Shown here: piece by piece, positions 42,801-56,750 of the stretch
How the letters are laid out: each line of letters starts with the position of its first letter
How positions within the stretch are numbered: the first letter of the stretch is position 1
NCBI RefSeq assembly: GCF_009914755.1
Contig: NC_060939.1
DNA length: 64,000 bases
From: the human T2T-CHM13v2.0 reference genome, Homo sapiens
Strand: one strand, 5' to 3'
Made by a program: the position numbers and the translations under genes
The notes under the pieces: model-generated
The model's input: the letters and a program-made list of their open reading frames with translations, nothing else
Told to the model about the DNA's origin: nothing
The model's database searches: none

Positions 42801-45800
42801 TTGTTCCAGTCCATTCCTTTCGCGTCCATTGCATTCCATTTCACTCCATTCGATTCCATTCCACTCGATTCCACTTCGTTCCATTTCATTGCATTCCATT
42901 CTATTCAACTCTATTGCCTTCCATTCCATTCCATTCGATTACATTCCATGCGATTCCATTCGAAATCGAATCAATTACATTGCAATCCATTACTATTGAG
43001 TCCATTTTATTCCAGTCCACTGCATTCTGGTCCATTCCATTTGATTCCATTCCATTCTATTCCATTCCATACAGTTGCATTCCATTGGATTCCATTCTAT
43101 ATCTATAAATTCAATTCGAGACCATTGCTTTTGAATCCATTCTATATGATTCCATTCCATTCAAGTCCATTACATTTGGTTCAAATCCATTCCATTCCAT
43201 TCCCTTCCATTCCATTCCAGTTGATATCAATCCATTCGATTCCATTCCATTCGAGCACATTCCATTCGAGTCCATTCCATTCGATGCCATTCCATTTGAT
43301 TCTATTCCATTAGTCTCCATTCAATTCCATTAATCTCCATTCCATTCCATTCTACTCCAACTGATTCCATTCCATTCTATTCCTTTCCATTCCATTTCAT
43401 TCCATTCCATTCCATTCCATTCCATTCCATTCGCTTCCATTCCATTCGTGTCCATTCCACTCCAGTCCATTCCATTCGTGTCCATTCCATTCCAGTCCAT
43501 TCCATTTGTGTCCACTGCATTCCATTCCACTCCATTCCATATTATTCCATTACACTCCATTCCATTCTATTACTTTCATTTCCATTCAATTCTGTTCCAT
43601 TTGATTCCATTCCACTCGGTTTCATTCCATTTGAGTCCACTCCATTCCATTCCATTCCATTCCGTTCAGTTCCATTCCATTCTGTTCCATTCCATTCCGT
43701 TCCATTGCATTCCATTCCATTCGGTACCATTCCACATTGTTCCATTCGATTCCATTCGAATCCATTCCATTCCAGTCCATTCCATTCGATTCCATTCCAT
43801 TCCTTTCAATTCTATTCCATTCCATTCCATTCCACTTGATTCCTCTCCATTCCCTTCCACTGCATTCCATTCGATTCCATTCCATTGCATTGCATTCCAT
43901 TCCATTGGACTGCATTCCATTCGATTCCATTCCATTCGAATCAATTACATATCAATCCATTACATTCGGGTCTATTCTATTCCGTTCCATTCGATTTCAT
44001 TCCAATCCATTCGATTCCATTCCATACTATTGCATTCCATTCGATTACATTTTATTCGAATAAGTTCCATTCAAGACCATTTCTTTTGAGTCCATTCTAT
44101 TTGAGTCCATTCTATTTGAATCCATTCCCTTTGATTCCATAACATTTGAGTCCATTCAATTCCATTCCTTTCGTTTCCATTCCATTTGATGCCATTCCAT
44201 TCAATTCTGTTCTACTCGACTCCAATACATTCAATTCCATTCCATCCGATTCCATTACATTCTTTTCATTTCTTATCCATTTCAAGCCATTCCACTCCAT
44301 TCCATTCCACTCGTTTCCTTTCCATTCGAGTCCATTCCTCTCCAGTCCATTCCGTTCAATCCATTCCATTCCAGTCCATTCCATTCGAGTCCGTTCCAAT
44401 CCATTCCATTCCATTCGAGTCAATTCCATTCCATTCGATGTCTTTCCATAACGATCCATTCCATTCTATTCCTTTCGATTCCATTCCATTCTATTTCATT
44501 CCATTCGATTCCCTTCCATTGGACTCCTTTCCATTCGAGTGCATTCCATTCCGTTCCATTTCTTTCCGTTCTGTACGATTCCTACCGTTCGATTTCATTT
44601 TGTTCCAGTCCATTCCTTTCGCGTCCATTCCATTCCATTTCACTCCATTCGGTTCCATTCCACTCGATTCCACTTCGTTCCATTTCATTGCATTCCATTC
44701 TATTCAACTCTATTGCCTTCCATTCCATTCCATTCCATTACATTCCATGCGATTCCATTCGAAATCGAATCAATTACATTGCAATCCATTACTATTGAGT
44801 CCATTTTATTCCAGTCCACTGCATTCTGGTCCATTCCATTTGATTCCATTCCATTCTATTCCATTCCATACAGTTGCATTCCATTGGATTCCATTCTATA
44901 TCTATAAATTCAATTCGAGACCATTGCTTTTGAATCCATTCCATATGATTCCATTCCATTCAAGTCCATTACATTTGCTTCAATTCCATTCCATTCCATT
45001 CCCTTCCATTCCATTCCAGTTGATATCAATCCATTCGATTCCATTCCATTCGAGCACATTCCATTCGAGTCCATTCCATTCGATGCCATTCCATTTGATT
45101 CTATTCCATTAGTCTCCATTCAATTCCATTAATCTCCATTCCATTCCATTCTACTCCAACTGATTCCATTCCATTCTATTCCTTTCCATTCCATTTCATT
45201 CCATTCCATTCCATTTCATTCCATTCCATTCCATTTCATTCCATTCCATTCCATTCGCTTCCATTCCATTCGTGTCCATTCCACTCCAGTCCATTCCATT
45301 CGTGTCCATTCCATTCCAGTCCATTCCATTTGTGTCCACTGCATTCCATTCCACTCCATTCCATATTATTCCATTACACTCCATTCCATTCTATTACTTT
45401 CATTTCCATTCAATTCCATTCCATTTGATTCCATTCCACTCGGTTTCATTCCATTTGAGTCCACTCCATTCCATTCCATTCCATTCCATTCACTTCCATT
45501 CCATTCCGTTCCATTCCATTCCGTTCCATTGCATTCCATTCCATTCGGTACCATTCCATATTGTTCCATTCGATTCCATTCGAATCCATTCCATTCCAGT
45601 CCATTCCATTCGATTCCATTCCATTCCTTTCCATTCCATTCCATTCCATTCCATTCCACTTGATTCCACTCCATTCCCTTCCACTGCATTCCATTCGATT
45701 CCATTCCATTGCATTGCATTCCATTCCATTGGACTGCATTCCATTCGATTCCATTCCATTCGAATCAATTACATAGCAATCCATTACATTCGGGTCTATT

Positions 45801-46300
45801 CTATTCCGTTCCATTCGATTTCGTTCCAATCCATTCGATTCCATTCCATTCGATTCCATTCCATACTATTGCATTCCATTCTATTACATTATATTCGAAT
45901 AAGTTCCATTCAAGACCATTTCTTTTGAGTCCATTCTATTTGAGTCCATTCCCTTTGATTCCATAACATTTGAGTCCATTCAATTCCATTCCTTTCGTTT
46001 CCATTCCATTTGATGCCATTCCATTCAATTCTGTTCTACTCGACTCCAATACATTCAATTCCATTCCATCCGATTCCATTACATTCTTTTCATTTCTTAT
46101 CCATTTCAAGCCATTCCACTCCATTCCATTCCACTCGTTTCCTTTCCATTCGAGTCCATTCCTCTCCAGTCCATTCCGTTCAATCCATTCCATTCCAGTC
46201 CATTCCACTCGAGTCCGTTCCATTCCAGTCCAATCCATTCGAGTCAATTCCATCCCATTCGATGTCTTTCCATAACGATCCATTCCATTCTATTCCTTTC
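30900..46300 (+). repeat. Domain of alternating unit variants (~3.6 kb dimeric higher-order repeat)
   Basis: An extra 15-bp 'gagtccattctattt' copy precedes landmarks 31499, 35112, 36911, 40543 and 44146. The alternate units carry 'aataagttgc' (~33231, 38662, 42275) and 'cagtccaatcc' (~33559, 38990, 42603, 46226). Confidence 0.8.
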
Positions 46301-49300
46301 GATTCCATTCCATTCTATTTCATTCCATTCGATTCCCTTCCATTGGACTCCTTTCCATTCGAGTGCATTCCATTCCGTTCCATTTCTTTCCGTTCTGTAC
46401 GATTCCTACCGTTCGATTTCATTTTGTTCCAGTCCATTCCTTTCGCGTCCATTCCATTCCATTTCACTCCATTCGATTCCATTCCACTCGATTCCACTTC
46501 GTTCCATTTCATTGCATTCCATTCTATTCAACTCTATTGCCTTCCATTCCATTCCATTCGATTACATTCCATGCGATTCCATTCGAAATCGAGTCAATTA
46601 CATTGCAATCCATTACTATTGAGTCCATTTTATTCCAGTCCACTGCATTCTGGTCCATTCCATTTGATTCCATTCCATTTATTCCATTCCATACAGTTGC
46701 ATTCCATTGGATTCCATTCTATATCTATAAATTCAATTCGAGACCATTGCTTTTGAGTCCATTCTGTATGATTCCATTCCATTCAAGTCCATTACATTTG
46801 GTTCAATTCCATTCCATTCCATTCCCTTCCATTCCATTCCAGTTGATATCAATCCATTCGATTCCATTCCATTCGAGCACATTCCATTCGAGTCCATTCC
46901 ATTCGATGCCATTCCATTTGATTCTATTCCATTAGTCTCCATTCAATTCCATTAATCTCCATTCCATTCCATTCTACTCCAACTGATTCCATTCCATTCT
47001 ATTCCTTTCCATTCCATTTCATTCCATTCCATTCCATTTCATTCCATTCCATTCCATTCGCTTCCATTCCATTCGTGTCCATTCCACTCCAGTCCATTCC
47101 ATTCGTGTCCATTCCATTCCAGTCCATTCCATTTGTGTCCACTGCATTCCATTCCACTCCATTCCATATTATTCCATTGCACTCCATTCCATTCTATTAC
47201 TTTCATTTCCGTTCAATTCCATTCCATTTGATTCCATTCCACTCGGTTTCATTCCATTTGAGTCCACTCCATTCCATTCCATTCAGTTCCATTCTATTCT
47301 GTTCCATTCCATTCCGTTCCATTGCATTCCATTCCATTCGGTACCATTCCATATTGTTCCATTCGATTCCATTCGAATCCATTCCATTCCATTCGATTCC
47401 ATTCCATTCCTTTCCATTCCATTCCATTCCATTCCATTCCATTCCACTTGATTCCACTCCATTCCCTTCCACTGCATTCCATTCGATTCCATTCCATTGC
47501 ATTGCATTCCATTCCATTGGACTGCATTCCATTCGATTCCATTCCATTCGAATCAATTACATAGCAATCCATTACATTCGAGTCTATTCTATTCCGTTCC
47601 ATTCGATTTCATTCCAATCCATTCGATTCCATTCCATACTATTGCATTCCATTCGATTACATTATATTCGAATAAGTTCCATTCAAGACCATTTCTTTTG
47701 AGTCCATTCTATTTGAGTCCATTCCCTTTGATTCCATAACATTTGAGTCCATTCAATTCCATTCCTTTCGTTTCCATTCCATTTGATGCCATTCCATTCA
47801 ATTCTGTTCTACTCGACTCCAATACATTGAATTCTATTCCATCCGATTCCATTACATTCTTTTCATTTCTTATCCATTTCAAGCCATTCCACTCCATTCC
47901 ATTCCACTCGTTTCCTTTCCATTCGAGTCCATTCCTCTCCAGTCCATTCCGTTCAATCCATTCCATTCCAGTCCATTCCATTCGAGTCCGTTCCATTCCA
48001 GTCCATTCCATTCGAGTCAATTCCATCCCATTCGATGTCTTTCCATAACGATCCATTCCATTCTATTCCTTTCGATTCCATTCCTTTCTATTTCATTCCA
48101 TTCGATTCCCTTCCATTGGACTCCTTTCCATTCGAGTGCATTCCATTCCGTTCCATTTCTTTCCGTTCTGTACGATTCCTACCGTTCGATTTCATTTTGT
48201 TCCAGTCCATTCCTTTCGCGTCCATTCCATTCCATTTCACTCCATTCGATTCCATTCCACTCGATTCCACTTCGTTCCATTTCATTGCATTCCATTCTAT
48301 TCAACTCTATTGCCTTCCATTCCATTCCATTCGATTACATTCCATGCGATTCCATTTGAAATCGAATCAATTACATTGCAATCCATTACTATTGAGTCCA
48401 TTTTATTCCAGTCCACTGCATTCTGGTCCATTCCATTTGATTCCATTCCATTCTATTCCATTCCATACAGTTGCATTCCATTGGATTCCATTCTATATCT
48501 ATAAATTCAATTCGAGACCATTGCTTTTGAGTCCATTCTATATGATTCCATTCCATTCAAGTCCATTACATTTGGTTCAATTCCATTCCATTCCATTCCC
48601 TTCCATTCCAGTTGATATCAATCCATTCGATTCCATTCCATTCGAGCACATTCCATTCGAGTCCATTCCATTCGATGCCATTCCATTTGATTCCATTCCA
48701 TTAGTCTCCATTCAATTCCATTAATCTCCATTCCATTCCATTCTACTCCAACTGATTCCATTCCATTCTATTCCTTTCCATTCCATTTCATTCCATTCCA
48801 TTCCATTTCATTCCATTCCATTCCATTCGCTTCCATTCCATTCGTGTCCATTCCACTCCAGTCCATTCCATTCATGTCCATTCCATTCCAGTCCATTCCA
48901 TTTGTGTCCACTGCATTCCATTCCACTCCATTCCATATTATTCCATTACACTCCATTCCATTCTATTACTTTCATTTCCATTCAATTCCATTCCATTTGA
49001 TTCCATTCCACTGGGTTTCATTCCATTTGAATCCACTCCATTCCATTCCATTCCATTCAATTCAGTTCCATTCTATTCTGTTCCATTCCATTCCGTTCCA
49101 TTGAATTCCATTCCATTCGGTACCATTCCATATTGTTCCATTCGATTCCATTCGAATCCATTCCATTCCAGTCCATTCCATTCGATTCCATTCCATTCCT
49201 TTCAATTCCATTCCATTCCATTCCATTCCACTTGATTCCACTCCATTCCCTTCCACTGCATTCCATTCGATTCCGTTCCATTGCATTGCATTCCATTCCA

Positions 49301-52300
49301 TTGGACTGCATTCCATGCGATTCCATTCCATTCGAATCAATTACATAGCAATCCATTACATTCGAGTCTATTCTATTCCGTTCCATTCGATTTCATTCCA
49401 ATCCATTCGATTCCATTCCATTCGATTCCATTCCATACTATTGCATTCCATTCGATTACATTATATTCGAATAAGTTCCATTCAAGACCATTTCTTTTGA
49501 TTCCATTCTATTTGAGTCCATTCCCTTTGATTCCATAACATTTGAGTCCATTCAATTCCATTCCTTTCGTTTCCATTCCATTTGATGCCATTCCATTCAA
49601 TTCTGTTCTACTCGACTCCAATACATTCAATTCCATTCCATCCGATTCCATTACATTCTTTTCATTTCTTATCCATTTCAAGCCATTCCACTCCATTCCA
49701 TTCCACTCGTTTCCTTTCCATTCGAGTCCATTCCTCTCCAGTCCATTCCGTTCAATCCATTCCATTCCAGTCCATTCCATTCGAGTCCGTTCCATTCCAG
49801 TCCATTCCATTCGAGTCAATTCCATCCCATTCGATGTCTTTCCATAACGATCCATTCCATTCTATTCCTTTCGATTCCATTCCATTCTATTTCATTCCAT
49901 TCGATTCCCTTCCATTGGACTCCTTTCCATTCGAGTGCATTCCATTCCGTTCCATTTCTTTCCGTTCTGTACGATTCCTACCGTTCGATTTCATTTTGTT
50001 CCAGTCCATTCCTTTCGCGTCCATTCCATTCCATTTCACTCCATTCGATTCCATTCCACTCGATTCCACTTCGTTCCATTTCATTGCATTCCATTCTATT
50101 CAACTCTATTGCCTTCCATTCCATTCCATTCAATTACATTCCATGCGATTCCATTCGAAATCGAATCAATTACATTGCAATCCATTACTATTGAGTCCAT
50201 TTTATTCCAGTCCACTGCATTCTGGTCCATTCCATTTGATTCCATTCCATTCTATTCCATTCCATACAGTTGCATTCCATTGGATTCCATTCTATATCTA
50301 TAAATTCAATTCGAGACCATTGCTTTTGAGTCCATTCTATATGATTCCATTCCATTCAAGTCCATTACATTTGGTTCAATTCCATTCCATTCCATTCCCT
50401 TCCATTCCATTCCAGTTGATATCAATCCATTCGATTCCATTCCATTCGAGCACATTCCATTCGAGTCCATTCCATTCGATGCCATTCCATTTGATTCTAT
50501 TCCATTAGTCTCCATTCAATTCCATTAATCTCCATTCCATTCCATTCTATTCCAACTGATTCCATTCCATTCTATTCCTTTCCATTCCATTTCATTCCAT
50601 TCCATTCCATTTCATTCCATTCCATTCCATTCGCTTCCATTCCATTCGTGTCCATTCCACTCCAGTCCATTCCATTCGTGTCCATTCCATTCCAGTCCAT
50701 TCCATTTGTGTCCACTGCATTCCATTCCACTCCATACCATATTATTCCATTACACTCCATTCCATTCTATTACTTTCATTTCCATTCAATTCCATTCCAT
50801 TTGATTCCACTCCACTCGGTTTCATTCCATTTGAGTCCACTCCATTCCATTCCATTCCATTCCATTCAGTTCCATTCCATTCTGTTCCATTCCATTCCGT
50901 TCCATTGCATTCCATTCCATTCGGTACCATTCCATATTGTTCCATTCGATTCCATTCGAATCCATTCCATTCCAGTCCATTCCATTCGATTCCATTCCAT
51001 TCCTTTCAATTCCATTCCATTCCATTCCATTCCACTTGATTCCACTCCATTCCCTTCCACTGCATTCCATTCGATTCCATTCCATTGCATTGCATTCCAT
51101 TCCATTGGACTGCATTCCATTCGATTCCATTCCATTCGAATCAATTACATAGCAATCCATTACATTCGAGTCTATTCTATTCCGTTCCATTCGATTTCGT
51201 TCCAACCCCTTCGATTCCATTCCATTCGATTCCATTCCATACTATTGCATTCCATTCTATTACATTATATTCGAATAAGTTCCATTCAAGACCATTTCTT
51301 TTGAGTCCATTCTATTTGAGTCCATTCCCTTTGATTCCATAACATTTGAGTCCATTCAATTCCATTCCTTTCGTTTCCATTCCATTTGATGCCATTCCAT
51401 TCAATTCTGTTCTACTCGACTCCAATACATTCAATTCCATTCCATCCGATTCCATTACATTCTTTTCATTTCTTATCCATTTCAAGCCATTCCACTCCAT
51501 TCCATTCCACTCGTTTCCTTTCCATTCGAGTCCATTCCTCTCCAGTCCATTCCATTCAATCCATTCCATTCCAGTCCATTCCATTCGAGTCCGTTCCATT
51601 CCAGTCCATTCCATTCGAGTCAATTCCATTCCATTCGATGTCTTTCCATAACGATCCATTCCATTCTATTCCTTTCGATTCCATTCCATTCTATTTCATT
51701 CCATTCGATTCCCTTCCATTGGACTCCTTTCCATTCGAGTGCATTCCATTCCGTTCCATTTCTTTCCGTTCTGTACGATTCCTACCGTTCGATTTCATTT
51801 TGTTCCAGTCCATTCCTTTCGCGTCCATTCCATTCCATTTCACTCCATTCGATTCCATTCCACTCGATTCCACTTCGTTCCATTTCATTGCATTCCATTC
51901 TATTCAACTCTATTGCCTTCCATTCCATTCCATTCGATTACATTCCATGCGATTCCATTCGAAATCGAATCAATTACATTGCAATCCATTACTATTGAGT
52001 CCGTTTTATTCCAGTCCACTGCATTCTGGTCCATTCCATTTGATTCCATTCCATTCTATTCCATTCCATACAGTTGCATTCCATTGGATTCCATGCTATA
52101 TCTATAAATTAAATTCGAGACCATTGCTTTTGAGTCCATTCTATATGATTCCATTCCATTCAAGTCCATTACATTTGGTTCCATTCCATTCCATTCCATT
52201 CCCTTCCATTCCATTCCATTTGATATCAATCCATTCGACTCCATTCCATTCGAGCACATTCCATTCGAGTCCATTCCATTCGATGCCATTCCATTTGATT

Positions 52301-54946
52301 CTATTCCATTAGTCTCCATTCAATTCCATTAATCTCCATTCCATTCCATTCTACTCCAACTGATTCCATTCCATTCTATTCCTTTCCATTCCATTTCATT
52401 CCATTCCATTCCATTTCATTCCATTCCATTCCATTCGTGTCCATTCCACTCCAGTCCATTCCATTCGTGTCCATTCCATTCCAGTCCATTCCATTTGTGT
52501 CCACTGCATTAAATTCCACTCCATTCCATATTATTCCATTACACTCCATTCCATTCTATTACTTTCATTTCCATTCAATTCCATTCCATTTGATTCCATT
52601 CCACTCGGTTTCATTCCATTTGAGTCCACTCCATTCCATTCCATTCCATTCCATTCAGTTAAATTCCATTCTGTTCCATTCCATTCCGTTCCATTACATT
52701 CCATTCCATTCGGTACCATTCCATATTGTTCCATTCGATTCCATTCGAATCCATTCCATTCCGGTCCATTCCATTCGATTCCATTCCATTCATTTCAATT
52801 CCATTCCATTCCATTCCATTACATTCCACTTGATTCCTCTCCATTCCCTTCCACTGCATTCCGTTCGATTCCATTCCATTGCATTGCATTCCATTCCATT
52901 GGATTGCATTCCATTCGATTCCATTCCATTCGAATCAATTACATAGCAATCCATTACATTCGAGTCTATTCTATTCCGTTCCATTCGATTTCTTTCCAAT
53001 CCATTTGATTCCATTCCATTCGATTCCATTCCATACTATTGCATTCCATTTGATTACATTATATTCGAATAAGTTCCATTCAAGACCATTTCTTTGAGTC
53101 CATTCTATTTGAGTCCATTCCCTTTGATTCCATAACATTTGAGTCCATTCAATTCCATTCCTTTCGTTTCCATTCCATTTGATGCCATTCCATTCAATTC
53201 TGTTCTACTCGACTCCAATACATTCAATTCCATTCCATCCGATTCCATTACATTCTTTTCATTTCTTATCCATTTCAAGCCATTCCACTCCATTCCATTC
53301 CACTCGTTTCCTTTCCATTCGAGTCCATTCCTCTCCAGTCCATTCCGTTCAATCCATTCCATTCCAGTCCATTCCATTCGAGTCCGTTCCATTCCAGTCC
53401 ATTCCATTCGAGTCAATTCCATCCCATTCGATGTCTTTCCATAACGATCCATTCCATTCTATTCCTTTCGATTCCATTCCATTGTATTTCATTCCATTCG
53501 ATTCCCTTCCATTGGACTCCTTTCCATTCGAGTGCATTCCATTCCGTTCCATTTCTTTCCGTTCTGTACGATTCCTACCGTTCGATTTCATTTTGTTACA
53601 GTCCATTCCTTTCGCGTCCATTCCATTCCATTTCACTACATTCGATTCCATTCCACTCGATTCCACTTCGTTCCATTTCATTGCATTCCATTCTATTCAA
53701 CTCTATTGCCTTCCATTCCATTCCATTCGATTACATTCCATGCGATTCCATTCGAAATCGAATCAATTACATTGCAATCCATTACTATTGAGTCCGTTTT
53801 ATTCCAGTCCACTGCATTCTGGTCCATTCCATTTGATTCCATTCCATTCTATTCCATTCCATACAGTTGCATTCCATTGGATTCCATTCTATATCTATAA
53901 ATTCAATTCGAGACCATTGCTTTTGAGTCCATTCTATATGATTCCATTCCATTCAAGTCCATTACATTTGGTTCAATTCCATTCCATTCCATTCCCTTCC
54001 ATTCCATTCCAGTTGATATCAATCCATTCGATTCCATTCCATTCGAGCACATTCCATTCGAGTCCATTCCATTCGATGCCATTCCATTTGATTCTATTCC
54101 ATTAGTCTCCATTCAATTCCATTAATCTCCATTCCATTCCATTCTACTCCAACTGATTCCATTCCATTCTATTCCTTTCCATTCCATTTCATTCCATTCC
54201 ATTCCATTTCATTCCATTCCATTCCATTCCCTTCATTCCATTCGTGTCCATTCCACTCCAGTCCATTCCATTCGTGTCCATTCCATTCCAGTCCATTCCA
54301 TTTGTGTCCACTGCATTCCATTCCACTCCATTCCATATTATTCCATTACACTCTCTTCCATTCTATTACTTTCATTTCCATTCAATTCCATTCCATTTGA
54401 TTCCATTCCACTCGGTTTCATTCCATTTGAGTCCACTCCATTCCATTCCATTCCATTCCATTCAGTTCCATTCCATTCTGTTCCATTCCATTCCGTTCCA
54501 TTACATTCCATTCCATTCGGTACCATTCCATATTGTTCCATTCGATTCCATTCGAATCCATTCCATTCCAGTCCATTCCATTCGATTCCATTCCATTCAT
54601 TTCAATTCCATTCCATTCCATTCCATTCCATTCCACTTGATTCCTCTCCATTCCCTTCCACTGCATTCCGTTCGATTCCATTCCATTGCATTGCATTCCA
54701 TTCCATTGGATTGCATTCCACTCGATTCCATTCCATTCGAATCAATTACATAGCAATCCATTACATTCGAGTCTATTCTATTCCGTTCCATTCGATTTCG
54801 TTCCAATCCATTCGATTCCATTCCATTCGATTCCATTCCATACTATTGCATTCCATTCGATTACATTATATTCGAATAAGTTCCATTCAAGACCATTTCT
54901 TTTGAGTCCATTCTATTTGAGTCCATTCCCTTTGATTCCATAACAT

Positions 54947-56750
54947 TTGAGTCCATTCAATTCCATTCCTTTCGTTTCCATTCCATTTGATGCCATTCCA
55001 TTCAATTCTGTTCTACTCGACTCCAATACATTCAATTCCATTCCATCCGATTCCATTACATTCTTTTCATTTCTTATCCATTTCAAGCCATTCCACTCCA
55101 TTCCATTCCACTCGTTTCCTTTCCATTCGAGTCCATTCCTCTCCAGTCCATTCCGTTCAATCCATTCCATTCCAGTCCATTCCATTCGAGTCCGTTCCAT
55201 TCCAGTCCATTCCATTCGAGTCAATTCCATCCCATTCGATGTCTTTCCATAACGATCCATTCCATTCTATTCCTTTCGATTCCATTCCATTCTATTTCAT
55301 TCCATTCGATTCCCTTCCATTGGACTCCTTTCCATTCGAGTGCATTCCATTCCGTTCCATTTCTTTCCGTTCTGTACGATTCCTACCGTTCGATTTCATT
55401 TTGTTCCAGTCCATTCCTTTCGCGTCCATTCCATTCCATTTCACTCCATTCGATTCCATTCCACTCGATTCCACTTCGTTCCATTTCATTGCATTCCATT
55501 CTATTCAACTCTATTGCCTTCCATTCCATTCCATTCGATTACATTCCATGCGATTCCATTCGAAATCGAATCAATTACATTGCAATCCATTACTATTGAG
55601 TCCGTTTTATTCCAGTCCACTGCATTCTGGTCCATTCCATTTGATTCCATTCCATTCTATTCCATTCCATACAGTTGCATTCCATTGGATTCCATGCTAT
55701 ATCTATAAATTCAATTCGAGACCATTGCTTTTGAGTCCATTCTATATAATTCCATTCCATTCAAGTCCATTACATTTGGTTCAATTCCATTCCATTCCAT
55801 TCCCTTCCATTCCATTCCAGTTGATATCAATCCATTCGATTCCATTCCATTCGAGCACATTCCATTCGAGTCCATTCCATTCGATGCCATTCCATTTGAT
55901 TCTATTCCATTAGTCTCCATTCAATTCCATTAATCTCCATTCCATTCCATTCCACTCCAACTGATTCCATTCCATTCTATTCCTTTCCATTCCATTTCAT
56001 TCCATTCCATTCCATTTCATTCCATTCCATTCCATTCGCTTCCATTCCATTCGTGTCCATTCCACTCCAGTCCATTCCATTCGTGTCCATTCCATTCCAG
56101 TCCATTCCATTTGTGTCCACTGCATTCCATTCCACTCCATTCCATATTATTCCATTACACTCCATTCCATTCTATTACTTTCATTTCCATTCAATTCCAT
56201 TCCATTTGATTCCATTCCACTCGGTTTCATTCCATTTGAGTCCACTCCATTCCATTCCATTCCATTCCATTCAGTTCCATTCCATTCTGTTCCATTCCAT
56301 TCCGTTCCATTGCATTCCATTCCATTCGGTAACATTCCATATTGTTCCATTCGATTCCATTCGAATCCATTCCATTCCAGTCCATTCCATTCGATTCCAT
56401 TCCATTCCTTTCAATTCCATTCCATTCCATTCCATTCCACTTGATTCCACTCCATTCCCTTCCACTGCATTCCATTCGATTCCATTCCATTGCATTGCAT
56501 TCCATTCCATTGGACTGCATTCCATTCGATTCCATTCCATTCGAATCAATTACATAGCAATCCATTACATTCGAGTCTATTCTATTCCGTTCCATTCGAT
56601 TTCGTTCCAATCCATTCGATTCCATTCCATTCGATTCCATTCCATACTATTGCATTCCATTCGATTACATTATATTCGAATAAGTTCCATTCAAGACCAT
56701 TTCTTTTGAGTCCATTCTATTTGAGTCCATTCCCTTTGATTCCATAACAT
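54947..56750 (+). repeat. Representative 1804-bp unit, subtype B
   Basis: Landmark recurs at 54947, 56751, 58555 and 60359 (1804 bp apart each). Diagnostic motifs: 'ttcgcttcc', 'cattcctttcaa', 'cacttgattccactcc', 'ttggactgc'. Confidence 0.9.
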
